DNA of 63,537 bases, counting the filler, from Octopus bimaculoides (Eukaryota), in assembly GCF_001194135.2 (NCBI RefSeq). It is 5 parts of 5 records of this genome, joined end to end, with 100 filler letters (N's around TTAATTAATTAA, not from the genome) between each part and the next. Parts side by side here need not be neighbours in the genome. Positions count along the whole stretch, not along the records: positions 1 to 18,595 come from NC_068994.1; 4 more parts are not named here. The stretch is one strand, 5' to 3'. A program made the translations under genes and the position numbers. A model generated the notes under the pieces. That model did not search any database. It was not told where the DNA came from and worked only from the letters and a program-made list of their open reading frames with translations. Below, piece by piece: positions 1 through 13,117 of the stretch (its first letter is position 1; each line of letters starts with the position of its first letter).

Positions 1-130
1 CGAAATTCACTCACAAGGATCTGGTCGATTCGGCACTGTAGTAGATGTCCATTAAGGTTCCACGCAGCAGAATTGAACGCGAAACCTCTTGATAGCGAAA
101 CGAGCTTCTTAACCACACAGTCATGCTTGC
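1..130 (-). mobile_element. SINE family B, degenerate 5' part
   Basis: Diverged match to the head of the complete copy at 14735-15143 (cactcacaagg...tagtaga...ccacgcag...gaac...accacacag). Confidence 0.6.
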
Positions 131-545
131 AACTATACAATGATATTTTCAACTGCAAAAAAACAAAAAAAACAAAAAAACAAAAACAGAAGGAAAATAT
201 AAAAATAAATGTTTAATGCGTCAACAAGGCAAAATTTCTAGTCATCAAACACAAATAAATCGTTGTCTATGGATTTTATAAATATTTTTTCACGTATAAA
301 TAACAATAAACTTTTTATTTTGCTCATTGTTTCAATAAAGTCTCGAGAGGTGAGACTTAAAGTCACATGTACGCACATGCAAGAACACACATACACATAC
401 ACCCACACATACACACACACACACACACACTAGTGCATACGTATATTCATAGCATATTATAAACCCTTACATTATTACATAAATATATGTAGGTATGTAT
501 GTATATCTACCTGCATATTATACACACACACACACACACACATAC

Positions 546-588
<43 letters not shown>

Positions 589-1085
589 NNNNNNNNNNNN
601 NNNNNNNNNNNNNNNNNNNNNNNNNNNNNNNNNNNNNNNNNNNNNNNNNNNNNNNNNNNNNNNNNNNNNNNNNNNNNNNNNNNNNNNNNNNNNNNNNNNN
701 NNNNNNNNNNNNNNNNNNNNNNNNNNNNNNNNNNNNNNNNNNNNNNNNNNNNNNNNNNNNNNNNNNNNNNNNNNNNNNNNNNNNNNNNNNNNNNNNNNNN
801 NNNNNNNNNNNNNNNNNNNNNNNNNNNNNNNNNNNNNNNNNNNNNNNNNNNNNNNNNNNNNNNNNNNNNNNNNNNNNNNNNNNNNNNNNNNNNNNNNNNN
901 NNNNNATATATATATATAGGCATTAATGCATCGGTACTTTTATATGCCTGCATATAAAAATATTATATATATATATATGTGTGTGTGTATGTATGTATGT
1001 ATGTATGTATGTATGTATCTGTTCATACATACATACATATATAAATAAACACCCATACACACATACACACACACACACACACACG

Positions 1086-1124
<39 letters not shown>

Positions 1125-1305
1125 CTCCGCGCATAATACACGCAGACATACGCCCATATAATTCATGACAGTTCGTATTCAGAATTTTGAAATTATCAAT
1201 TATAAATATTATTTACTACTTATTCTGTAACAATAATCACAAAAATACTTATTCTAATTGTATAACATTTTTTCAACTAAAGAACAAAACAAACACAAAT
1301 AACAC

Positions 1306-1306
<1 letters not shown>

Positions 1307-1375
<69 letters not shown>
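1307..1375. repeat. (AAT)n microsatellite
   Basis: Direct reading of the sequence. Confidence 0.95.
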
Positions 1376-1376
<1 letters not shown>

Positions 1377-1814
1377 TTTAGATTCTTTTGAAAGAATTCT
1401 TTTGATCATCCTGTCAAACAAGCTTTTAATTTTTTTTCAAAAGTTCCATTAATATTATTAGAGCTGACTCAAGTTCTATGAATTATTATTATTGAGAGAT
1501 TATTTCAAGTTCCGTCTTGTCGTTCATCTACGCTTCAATGGAATTGCCGCTCTGAACATTCCTCATTGAAATCAACGTATTTCTAATTATTGTTTTGTTT
1601 GTATTTTAACCAATGATCAGAGACGTTCCGGCCGTGACTATTTGGTTATTTTTTTTTATAGCGATGCAACATATTTCTGTCTTCATTATCTTATTGTGGT
1701 ATTGCATCGTTTTGGTTTTTGTCTGTGATTTGACCCCAGATTTGGTTTTTACTTTTACCAAGTCGAAACAGGAACCCAAGAACGAATATCTGTTTGTCTA
1801 TCTGGCTGTCTATT

Positions 1815-1852
1815 CCACCCTCTCTCTCTCTCTCTCTCTGTATGTCTGTCCG

Positions 1853-1885
<33 letters not shown>

Positions 1886-2126
1886 GTCTGTCCGTCTCTC
1901 TCTCTCTTTCTCTTTCTCTCTTTCTCTCTCTCTTTCTCTCTCTCATTCTCTCTCTATGCCTCTTCCTCTCTCTCTTTCTCTCTCTCATTCTCTCTCTCTA
2001 TGCCTCTTTATCTTTCTCTTTCTCTCTCTCTCTCTGTATGTTTGTCCATCGCTCTCTGTCTGTATGTCTGCCTGCTTGCCTGCCTCTCTGTCTGTATGTA
2101 TGTCTCTCTGTCTGTGTCTCTCTGTG

Positions 2127-2160
<34 letters not shown>

Positions 2161-2195
2161 ATTCTCTCTCTCACTCCATCTTTCTCTTTCTCTGT
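1815..2195. repeat. Compound (TC)n/(TCTG)n microsatellite
   Basis: Direct reading; source of the spurious SLSLSL/ERERER ORFs. Confidence 0.95.
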
Positions 2196-2228
2196 CGTAA
2201 TGATACTTAATTATAAAAATATAATGGG

Positions 2229-2562
2229 ATTATTTAAAATGGGATTAAGTCAATTACATAGATCCCAGTGTTTCACTGGTTCTTATTTTACCGACCCCGA
2301 AAGGGTGAAAGGCAAAGTCAACCCCGGCGGCATTTGAACTCAGAACGTCGAGACAGACGAAATACTGCTAAGCATTTCGTCCGGCCTACTAACGATTCTT
2401 ATTTCTTTATTGCCCACACGGGGCTAAACATAGAGGGGACAAACAAGGACAGACAAAGAGGTTAAGTCGATTACATCGACCCCAGTCCGTAACTGGTACT
2501 TAATTTATCGACCATGAAAGTGTGAAAGGCAAAGTCAACCCCGGCGGCATTTGAACTCAGAA
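2229..2562 (-). mobile_element. Two tandem partial copies of SINE family A
   Basis: Two units of gaccccag...ctggtactta...atcgacc..gaaagg.tgaaaggcaaagtcaaccccggcggcatttgaactcagaa (2262-2398 and 2460-2562), matching 6722-6929. Confidence 0.85.
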
Positions 2563-3099
2563 ACATTAAATGAATGATGAATTATCAAAATGATAAAATA
2601 TTGAAGACGGTTATCTTCTTACAGCGTGAAAAGTTAAGAGTTTGATAACCTTTAGATACACCAGGCACAAAGATTCAATATCAGAAAATGTGTGTGTGTG
2701 TATGTGTGTGTGTGTGTGTTTGTGTGTGTGAGTATATATGTATTGTCTTCCTCATAGTCACCATCTTGTGACTGGTGCATCCAGCCGTAATGGTCTCACT
2801 CAGAACACTCTGACAGCCACCAATCGCCACACGTCTTTTTTTTTTCCTTCGTCACACATAGAAACGACACGTGACCTGTCCACTGTTTGACGTTGTCGTG
2901 CCAAGATTGTCTTCGTCTCTGTCTTCACCGCTTTCCCTTTCAAACACGTCCGGCTGGATAGTTTTGGACAAGAAGTGATGGCGTGACAGATATCGCTACA
3001 TCTCGGTGCCAGGAACTTTTAGCACTTCACTGTAACGAGGAATATTTTTCTGATGACAAAGTTTTTTCAGGACTTCTGTATTTCTCATTTTTTCTATTT

Positions 3100-3154
3100 C
3101 TTTCTTTCTTCATTTCTTCCTTCCTTTCTTTCTTTCTTTCTTTCTTTCTTTCTC

Positions 3155-3226
<72 letters not shown>

Positions 3227-3240
3227 TACTTCTTTCTTTC
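3100..3240. repeat. (TTTC)n microsatellite
   Basis: Direct reading. Confidence 0.95.
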
Positions 3241-3371
3241 TCACCTCTCTCACTGTGAGTGTTTGTGTGTATAAATATATATACATATTCCTATGTATGT
3301 ATATATATTTACGTATATGTATATGGAATTATAGCACATACACATATTCACATGGGTGTATGTGTGTGTAC

Positions 3372-3610
3372 TACTTGTTTCAGTCATTTGACTGCGGCCA
3401 TGCTGGAGCGCTGCCTTTAGTCGAGCAAATCGACCCCAGGACTTATTCTTTGTAAGCCTAGTACTTAGTCTATCGGCCACTCTTTTGCCGAAACGCTAAG
3501 TTACGGGGACGTAAACATACCAGCATCGGTTGTCAAGCGATGTTGGGTGGGGGATAAACACAGACACACTAACATATACACATACATACATACATACATA
3601 CATACATACA
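3372..3610 (-). mobile_element. SINE family B 3' part, running into its internal microsatellite and an assembly gap
   Basis: tacttgtttcagtcatttgactgcggccatgctggagc...gtcgagcaaatcgaccccaggacttattctttgtaagcctag...acacagacac, near-identical to 14745-14920. Confidence 0.9.
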
Positions 3611-4292
3611 NNNNNNNNNNNNNNNNNNNNNNNNNNNNNNNNNNNNNNNNNNNNNNNNNNNNNNNNNNNNNNNNNNNNNNNNNNNNNNNNNNNNNNNNNN
3701 NNNNNNNNNNNNNNNNNNNNNNNNNNNNNNNNNNNNNNNNNNNNNNNNNNNNNNNNNNNNNNNNNNNNNNNNNNNNNNNNNNNNNNNNNNNNNNNNNNNN
3801 NNNNNNNNNNNNNNNNNNNNNNNNNNNNNNNNNNNNNNNNNNNNNNNNNNNNNNNNNNNNNNNNNNNNNNNNNNNNNNNNNNNNNNNNNNNNNNNNNNNN
3901 NNNNNNNNNNNNNNNNNNNNNNNNNNNNNNNNNNNNNNNNNNNNNNNNNNNNNNNNNNNNNNNNNNNNNNNNNNNNNNNNNNNNNNNNNNNNNNNNNNNN
4001 NNNNNNNNNNNNNNNNNNNNNNNNNNNNNNNNNNNNNNNNNNNNNNNNNNNNNNNNNNNNNNNNNNNNNNNNNNNNNNNNNNNNNNNNNNNNNNNNNNNN
4101 NNNNNNNNNTATATATACTTACATTCATATACACATACATATATAAATATGTATATATATATATAGATATATATATACACATATATATATATAAATATGT
4201 GTGTGTGTGTGTGTATATATATATATAGATAGAATTATAGATGTATGTATCTATATATGTATTATATGTATATATATATCTATCTATATACT

Positions 4293-4332
<40 letters not shown>

Positions 4333-5109
4333 CACACATGAAAATATCGCTCTACCTGTCCGCCTGTCAACTTTTCTATTTATCTCTCATTCTCTCTTTC
4401 ATACTCTCTCTCTACGTTCCTTTCCCCCTCACTCTCTTCATCTTTCTCTCTGTCTCCCTCTCTCTTCAAACGCACCTACACACATATATATATATATATA
4501 TTCATATAAATACACATACATACTTTGAAATAAATCAATTCACACACACCAATATACTAACGGTCAGTGTGTTTATATGTCCGCTTATGGCTATGAGTAT
4601 GCTTATGTGTGTATGTGTGTGTGTATGTGTGTGTGTGCCTGTGCGTGTGTATGTGTGTGTGCCTGTTTGTGTCTGTGTGTGTGTGTGTGTTTATGTGAGT
4701 ATGCGAGTGACTTTTCTCGTGCGGGTTGATGTACTTTCAGTGAAACGAAAGCTGTTGTTGGCCTTGTCATCTGTAAAGTTTCAAGACGTGTTTGGCATGG
4801 CAATTTTCTGCCATATATCCTTGCCTGTGGCACCAAACCGTCACTAATCACCTGTTTATGAAACTTCTGTGTCAGATTTCACAATTGTGGTTCGCATTGA
4901 TGTCTTACCGCTCCAAGTCTCAATCTATCAAATCAATAGATGTACTCCAGGGTTGATTTATCCATCACTCATTGTTTTGTTTTCACTTAAATATATAGAC
5001 ACACACACACACGCAAATATATCCACATAGACACACACACACATACATACATTCATGTATGCATATATATTTAAGAATTTATATGTGTGTATATATACAT
5101 GTGTATGTA

Positions 5110-5162
<53 letters not shown>

Positions 5163-6220
5163 NNNNNNNNNNNNNNNNNNNNNNNNNNNNNNNNNNNNNN
5201 NNNNNNNNNNNNNNNNNNNNNNNNNNNNNNNNNNNNNNNNNNNNNNNNNNNNNNNNNNNNNNNNNNNNNNNNNNNNNNNNNNNNNNNNNNNNNNNNNNNN
5301 NNNNNNNNNNNNNNNNNNNNNNNNNNNNNNNNNNNNNNNNNNNNNNNNNNNNNNNNNNNNNNNNNNNNNNNNNNNNNNNNNNNNNNNNNNNNNNNNNNNN
5401 NNNNNNNNNNNNNNNNNNNNNNNNNNNNNNNNNNNNNNNNNNNNNNNNNNNNNNNNNNNNNNNNNNNNNNNNNNNNNNNNNNNNNNNNNNNNNNNNNNNN
5501 NNNNNNNNNNNNNNNNNNNNNNNNNNNNNNNNNNNNNNNNNNNNNNNNNNNNNNNNNNNNNNNNNNNNNNNNNNNNNNNNNNNNNNNNNNNNNNNNNNNN
5601 NNNNNNNNNNNNNNNNNNNNNNNNNNNNNNNNNNNNNNNNNNNNNNNNNNNNNNNNNNNNNNNNNNNNNNNNNNNNNNNNNNNNNNNNNNNNNNNNNNNN
5701 NNNNNNNNNNNNNNNNNNNNNNNNNNNNNNNNNNNNNNNNNNNNNNNNNNNNNNNNNNNNNNNNNNNNNNNNNNNNNNNNNNNNNNNNNNNNNNNNNNNN
5801 NNNNNNNNNNNNNNNNNNNNNNNNNNNNNNNNNNNNNNNNNNNNNNNNNNNNNNNNNNNNNNNNNNNNNNNNNNNNNNNNNNNNNNNNNNNNNNNNNNNN
5901 NNNNNNNNNNNNNNNNNNNNNNNNNNNNNNNNNNNNNNNNNNNNNNNNNNNNNNNNNNNNNNNNNNNNNNNNNNNNNNNNNNNNNNNNNNNNNNNNNNNN
6001 NNNNNNNNNNNNNNNNNNNNNNNNNNNNNNNNNNNNNNNNNNNNNNNNNNNNNNNNNNNNNNNNNNNNNNNNNNNNNNNNNNNNNNNNNNNNNNNNNNNN
6101 NNNNNNNNNNNNNNNTATATATATTATTTAAAAGCAGCAGAAATATAACAAAAGACTGTTACTCGGAGTTTCACGTTCCCGTTCATCGGACAGTTTTCTT
6201 ATATATATTAATATATATAT

Positions 6221-6533
6221 GTGAAGGCGCATGGCTCAGTGGTTAGAGCGTCGAGCTTACGATCGTGAGGTTGTGAGTTTGAATCTCGGACGGTGCTGCG
6301 TGTTGTGTTCTTAAGCAAGACACTTTATTTCACGTTGCTCGAGTTCACCCAGCTGTAGAAATGAATTGCGACGTCACAGGTGCCAAGCTGTATCTGATCG
6401 GTGGTGTGGAGAGGAGAGGCTGGTGTGCATGGGCTACTGTTGGTGTTCCGTAAACAACCTTGCCCGGACCTGTGCCTCGGAGGGTGACTTTCTAGGTGCA
6501 ATCCCATGGTCAGTCATGACCGAAGGGGGTCTC
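6221..6533 (+). mobile_element. SINE family D, full length (tRNA-like head, CORE-like centre, LINE-like tail)
   Basis: A-box TGGCTCAGTGG and B-box-like GTTTGAATCT; centre tgtgttcttaagcaagacactttatttcacgttgctc...gaaatga; the tail ...catggtcagtcatgaccgaaggg recurs inverted at 52735-52870. Confidence 0.85.
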
Positions 6534-6721
6534 AGTAATATATGTATATAGATGTGTGTATATATATATATATGCATATATCTTTGTATATATACATATA
6601 AATCTTTTGCTTGTTCCAGTCCTTAGACTGCGGCCATGCTTGGGTCACCGCCGTAAAGATATTTTGTCGAATAAATCGGCCCCGACACTTTTTATAAGCC
6701 ATCATCTTTAAAAATACATTC

Positions 6722-6929
6722 TTTTCTACTCTAAGTACAAGGCCCGAAATTTTGGGGGAAGCGGAGCCAGTCGATTGGATCGACACCAGTATGCAACTGG
6801 TACTTAATTCATCAACACTGAAAGGATGAAAGGCAAAGTCGACCTCGGCGGAATTTGAACTCAGAACGTAAAGACAGACGAAATACCGCTAAGCACTTCG
6901 CGCTAACCTTTCTGCCAGTTCGCCGCCTT
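6722..6929 (-). mobile_element. SINE family A, near full length
   Basis: Reverse complement begins AAGGCGGCGAACTGGCAGAAAGGTTAG (A-box) and contains GAGTTCAAATTCC (B-box); more than 12 related copies in the window. Confidence 0.9.
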
Positions 6930-7079
6930 TTTAATATAAATATTCGTATATTCCATAGTATGTTTTGTATATCCTAACGCTTATATTATTTTTAATTATT
7001 TTACTACCAGCTCGTAGGTATTAAGAAAGCTATCGATAAAGTTCTCTCGAAAGATGTAGCATTGGCATTGTAGCGTGCT

Positions 7080-7125
<46 letters not shown>

Positions 7126-7154
7126 TACATACTCTCTCTCTCACTCTCTCTCTC

Positions 7155-7188
<34 letters not shown>

Positions 7189-7354
7189 GCCCACACACAT
7201 ACACGCACACACACACATATATGTATGTATGTATGTATAATACACGCTCCCATACATATATATTCCTTTTGTTTTCACTTCTGCTTAATGTTTATATAAT
7301 CCATTGTCTTCCATTTTTAATTATTTTTCTTCTTTATTTTTTGTCTTCTCCTGT

Positions 7355-7377
7355 TACTACTACTACTACTACTACTG

Positions 7378-7430
<53 letters not shown>
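7355..7430. repeat. (TAC)n microsatellite
   Basis: Direct reading. Confidence 0.95.
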
Positions 7431-7431
<1 letters not shown>

Positions 7432-7978
7432 ATACACATCCTTACACACAAGCACACAAACATGCACACACACACACGCACACAAACGCACATATCTTAT
7501 ACGCACGCCAAACCACACACACATATATATATATGTAAATGTATTTATCTATATCTATATATATTGATTGATTGATATTTATCATAAAAACGAAGAACAT
7601 TAATTGTGAGATTGAATGAAATATTTATTTATTTTATTTTATTTTATTTTATTTTATTTTATTTTATTTTATTTTATTTTATTTTTAAAAATTTCACATT
7701 AATTTCAAGTTTTCGGCAAGTAACACGTTTGAAATATTAGCGTAAAATATATAAATAAATAAATGAATAAAGGCATTTCATATATGTATACACTTATGTT
7801 ATTAAAAAGTAAAGTTGGCATAACATTGATGGGAATGGTATTATCGATAAAAAATAATAACGAACCAAGAGGGATTGCCGGAATGGGGCTGTGTTTAATA
7901 AATGATTTATAGGAAAAAGAGATAGGTAGTATGATCACGTATAAGAGGGAAGGTGTGCAAGTTTGTGGAATAAAATAT

Positions 7979-8347
7979 ATTCATATAAAGTCATATTCAA
8001 CAAGTTCGAGTGCACTCGGACGTGAAAAGACATTCCGCTGCTGAGATATACCTGGGAAAAATTTCTCCCTCAAGACAAGTATGATAACACTAGATGGGCT
8101 TTAGATGACGTTATTGAATCATAGATCTGTTTTATCGAACTGTGAATGACAGCCCGATAAAGAATTTGCTTTTAGGCGGCGGAATGAAATTGTATGCGTC
8201 CTACGATCCAGTGACGTCATTGACAATCCAGTTTGCGTTTTCACACATGTCTTGGTGAAGAATTCTCTCTCTGGGACTATCACAGTAGCTGGAGGACTTC
8301 ACACGTCCGAGTTCACTCGATCGTGTTGAGTAGGACTTTATATGAAT
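7979..8347. mobile_element. Degenerate fold-back element (probable old MITE)
   Basis: Arms pair end to end: attcatataaagtcata...gttcgagtgcactcggacgtg (from 7979) with cacgtccgagttcactcgatc...taggactttatatgaat (to 8347); central hairpin tttatcg..ctgt/acag..cgataaa. Confidence 0.65.
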
Positions 8348-8482
8348 GCATATGTTTAGTGTAAATGTATCTGTGTGGTTGCAGTTTTTCCAACAGGTTA
8401 TAAAGTTTTAAAACAGAGCTTCTACCTTATAATGAGGAGGTTTTAGCCGGTAAAAGATTATATTATTGAGCAATTCTAATGC

Positions 8483-9355
8483 AGTGAGCTGGAAAAATCG
8501 TTAACACGCTGCACGAGAAGCTTAGCAGTATTTCACCCGTCTCTGCATTCTGAGTTCAAATTCCGCCGAGGTCGACTTTGCTTTTCATCCTTTCTGTGTC
8601 GATAAATTAAATATCAGTTGCGTACTGGTGTCGATCTAATCGACTGGCCCCCACTCACCCAAAATTTCAGGCCTTGTACCTATAGTAGATAGGATTACTA
8701 AGCAATTCTGTAACGTGGTGAGCTGGCAGGCTCGTTAGCACGCCGAGCAAAATGCTTCGCGGCTTTTCTTCCGGCTTTTTACGTTCTGAGTTCAAATTCT
8801 GTTGAGGTCAACTTTACCTTTCATCCTTTCGGGGTCGATAAATTAAGTACCAGTTGAGCAGTGGAGTCGATGATATCGACTTGCCCGAAAATTGGAAATC
8901 GAGAGCTGGCAGAACCGTTAGCACATTCGACAAAATGTTTAGCGGTGTTTCGTCCGTCATTACATTCTGATTTCAAAATTCAACGATGTCGACTTTGGTT
9001 TTCATCCTTCCGGGATGGATGAAATGATGATGTGAATATTGTTCGAAAATAATTGTTCGAAAACAATTATTCGAAAAACATTTATTCGAATGGAAAATTG
9101 TATGAATGGAAAATTATTTAAAAGGTCAATTATACGAAATGTTAATTATTCTAAGTTTTTTATTTTATTTAAACAAAAATGGTAATATTAAAAATCAAGT
9201 ACACAAATGATATTTATTTCGAATAACTGTTTTTCGAATAATTGTTTTCGTACAATTTTCATGAAACCGGATGTGAAGTAAGTACCATCTGAGCAGTTTT
9301 CAACGAAATCGAATAGCCTCTCCCTCACAAATTCCAATAGTAGAAAGGATTATTA
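8483..9355 (+). mobile_element. Three head-to-tail SINE family A copies (about 8483-8700, 8714-8890, 8903-9355); the third is split by an insertion
   Basis: Repeated heads g(c/t)ggtgagctgg..gaatcgttag and ttctgagttcaaatt...gtcgactttg..tttcatcc; the third copy resumes at ~9278 (gtaagtacca..tgagca). Confidence 0.85.
9029..9277. mobile_element. Small non-autonomous DNA-transposon-like insert with inverted subterminal ~15-bp repeats
   Basis: Left aattgttcgaaaacaattattcgaaaaac units; the right end carries the inverse (ttttcgaataattgttttcg); 8-bp direct repeat GATGTGAA at 9029-36 and 9270-77. Confidence 0.55.
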
Positions 9356-9799
9356 TGAAATATTTCGAGTATTTAGAAATTCTAAGTCAAGGTTAAGCTG
9401 TTTTAATAGAACATCTGAAGATTTATAACTTAGATAAGAATAAGATTTCCCTTTTAACTGAATTATAAAATTTGTTAAATTTCAAGATTGATTTATGGCT
9501 GAAAATTAAACAGCATTTTTAAAGATATCTTTAAGATATGTATTATAATTTATATGTTGATTGTAATTAAACAGTTAATTGTAAATCGTATTTCTGTTTT
9601 AGAAATATCTTGAAATAGTGTCAAGATTAACCACGCTATTTCTAAGGAAGTTAAACGAATAATAACACGCTTTCGTTTTTGTTGCAAATCGAACGAATTC
9701 ATCTCATGCGTACCATCTATTTCTACACAAAATATTTCTTGAGGTCTTATTTAACTCCCAGCCCTTGCTCCCAACCAAAAATAAGAGACAAGGTCAGCA

Positions 9800-10205
9800 G
9801 ATGGGAGAGAAAGTATTAACCGTTATTATCGATTGCAGTACTCCACTGGCATTTCATCTTATTGACCCCGAAATAAGAACAAGCATATGTGACAGCGCGG
9901 ATTTGAATTCAGAATATGTAAGGAGCAAAAAGAGAAAATGCTGCAAATTATTTTTCTGACACGCCATCGATTCCGTCAATCTTCAGGCGTGAATCTTCCC
10001 ATTTGCTGCAATGATTTAAAATGTGTGTCTGAAAGGGGTGCCAGTCGATTAGATCGACCCAATACGCAACTGCTACTTAATTTATCGACTCCCAAAGGAT
10101 GAATGGCAAAGTCGACCTCAACAGAATTTGAACGTAAAGACGGACGAAATACCGCAGAGCATTTTGTCGAGCATGTTAACGATTCTGCCGACTCACCGCC
10201 TTCCT
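9800..10205 (-). mobile_element. Two SINE family A copies (one highly degenerate, ~9800-9970; one ~10030-10205)
   Basis: gtcgattagatcgaccc...ctacttaatttatcgac...aaggatgaatggcaaagtcgacctc...gattctgccgactcaccgcctt. Confidence 0.8.
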
Positions 10206-10304
10206 TCTAAAGTATATAATCTTTTACATACGAAGCCTGCCTATTAAACAGGTTCAATATTTATCTTTTTCCATTAATAACTATCCTTCAAATTAAAGTA
10301 GATA

Positions 10305-10540
10305 CAAAAGCGGCGTGTTGGCACACTCGTTAACACGCCGGGCGCAATACTTAGCAGCATTCCGTCCCACTTTTTCGTCTTTACATTCTGAGTTCCAATT
10401 CCACCGACGTCGAGGGGCCATCGATTATGTCGCTCATCCTTCTGGAGTGGATAAAATAAGTACCTGTTGAGCACTGGGGTTGATGTAATAGACTTACCCC
10501 TCTCACCAGACTTTTGGCCGTATGCTGAAATTTTAAACCA
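10305..10540 (+). mobile_element. SINE family A copy
   Basis: aaagcggcgtgttggcacactcgttaacacgccgggcg...ttctgagttccaattcc...aataagtacctgttgagcactggggttgatgtaatagact. Confidence 0.85.
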
Positions 10541-12435
10541 ATTTAAAATACACACAGATATGCTACTGTGTCATTACCGCGTTTTAATAAGAGATATTTA
10601 ATTTATTATGATTATGAAAGAGTGTCTATATATATTCGCTTAAGGACAACATGATCATATAAATATTTGATGGAACAACAGAATCTTTGACTTTCTAATA
10701 TGTATATACAAAAATAAATGAATATTTTGCAATATTAACATGCATATCTTGAGATAACATTATTTCTAACAAATTCTTCAATACGCGCGTGATACACACA
10801 CATACATACATACATATATATATATATATTCATATAATATATGTGCACATATATGTTTATTCATATAATGTATATGTATATTAAATATATATTATATATA
10901 TTATTTAAAACAGTTTGATATATATATACATATATATATATATATTCATATAATATATGTGCACNNNNNNNNNNTATATATATATCAACCTGTTGTATTA
11001 ATATATGTATATGTGTGAGTGAAGAAGGCCACCTGGAAAATATGAATTTGATAGAATTGTCTTCAGATTTCCGTGCAAAATAAGAACAACTCAAATACAA
11101 CTTAATACACAAAGAGATTACTGTATGCAACATAAATATATTGAAACAACATTATAGCTTGCAGTGCAGCATTTTATGTATAGTAAATGACATGTTTACA
11201 GAGGACAACTTGCCACGTGTTAGTATTATGGTGTTATTTATGAGATACATTCTGAAAAGTAACTAACATATAATGGCAACTTAAGAGACTGTTTCGGGAA
11301 AAGGAATAACTTAAATTATGAAATCAAAATATAAATTTACAACAGAATAAAATATAAATTAAAGTGTAACTAAGTTTCTATTATTTTCTAAAATAGTTGC
11401 CGGGCGTATGAATGAGCTTGGTGTATGCTTAATTCGAAGGCGTTGAAGAACATGTAAAATAAATGAAACTTAATAATTTGACGGTTTCAAAGAGAAATTG
11501 TAAATTTCAAGTTTTATAATTAAATAAATATAATTATTAGTGGGAGGCTAATTGAATCTAAGGTTAAACAACTCGAAGAATATATTTAATGGTTGAATTT
11601 AACTAAACTGTAAGTTCTGGATATTTTTCTTTTTTTTTTGTTTCTTTTTCTGTTGCCGTCGTGTATATTCTATGGTAAATGATTATTAAATTGCGAAGCT
11701 ATAATAATTTAAAAGACCGTTGCTGGTAGTTAGCCTGTATATTGCTGTTAGTTAAAATGAACTTTGATATTTGAATGCGTGTAAAGGTGAATAGCGAGGG
11801 TAGAAAAGTGAAGAGAAAACATAATAATTTCCTTGGCAAGTGTATTAATATATGTGGTTGTTAAAGTATTAATTAGTATAAAAGATAATTAGATTGATTC
11901 GTTTTAACGTTCCACAAATCCTATGTCTGCAAGATGACACTATTTCTAAGTGTTTATTAAATAGCTGATGTGTAGCAATGAACATATATCGTTATTGCAT
12001 TCTTAACAGTATAGCCGACAAACAGTTTTATTGCTAGAATAAGATTTTGAGAAAGATAGCATTTTCTATGTTTTATTAAAAAGAAGTGTTGCTCATTGAC
12101 TTGAAATTCCAAATAAGCTTTGATAGCAATGTGGCAGCCTTTCTGTTCTGGCGTTTAAATGTGTGTACGAATATGTGTGTAAGTGTACGTATGTGTGCGC
12201 GCGCATGTTTGTGTGTATATGTCTGCCGATAAAAATCTCATTTTCTAAGAACTTGGCCTTTAAACCTATATAAGAACGTAAGGTCGAGTTGGTGTTGATA
12301 GGGCTTCAATAAACTAATTCCATAGCTTTACAATTTCGTTCGAGTCGATAGTTGTTGGTGTTAATACAATTACAGTTAGTTGCATTCTCATTAAGTGTGT
12401 ATGTGTGAGCGTGTGTTGTATGTGTGAGCGTGTGT

Positions 12436-12474
<39 letters not shown>

Positions 12475-12911
12475 NNNNNNNNNNNNNNNNNNNNNNNNNN
12501 NNNNNNNNNNNNNNNNNNNNNNNNNNNNNNNNNNNNNNNNNNNNNNNNNNNNNNNNNNNNNNNNNNNNNNNNNNNNNNNNNNNNNNNNNNNNNNNNNNNN
12601 NNNNNNNNNNNNNNNNNNNNNNNNNNNNNNNNNNNNNNNNNNNNNNNNNNNNNNNNNNNNNNNNCTCTCTCTCTCTCTCACACACACACACACAAATACA
12701 TATGCACACGCGCGTGCAAACACACACACACACACACACACATTTATTTTGTTTCTTAATCCAAATAGTTGGTGTAACAGAAAAGGAGTAAAGATTTTCT
12801 TAGCTTGTGAGATGTTAATGTCTTTGTTCTTGACTGGTCTCATTGATTTTGTTTGTTGAGGTGCAGCTTAATTCATGTTTTCCAGTGTTGTGGAATGTAT
12901 ATACGTACATC

Positions 12912-12956
<45 letters not shown>

Positions 12957-12966
12957 GTACACACAC

Positions 12967-12999
<33 letters not shown>

Positions 13000-13086
13000 C
13001 ACTTATATATGTGTACACTTATGTAAATGCATACACCTTCACACACACAGGCATATATAAATATATATGCGTATATATATATGCAT

Positions 13087-13117
<31 letters not shown>

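Noticed and set aside
1613-1800. Hydrophobic ORF start (MQHISVFIILLWYCIVLVFVC) as a possible Neto signal-peptide exon
   Set aside because: No suitable phase-1 GT donor; the frame runs into a (TC)n repeat; hydrophobicity is expected from T-rich DNA.
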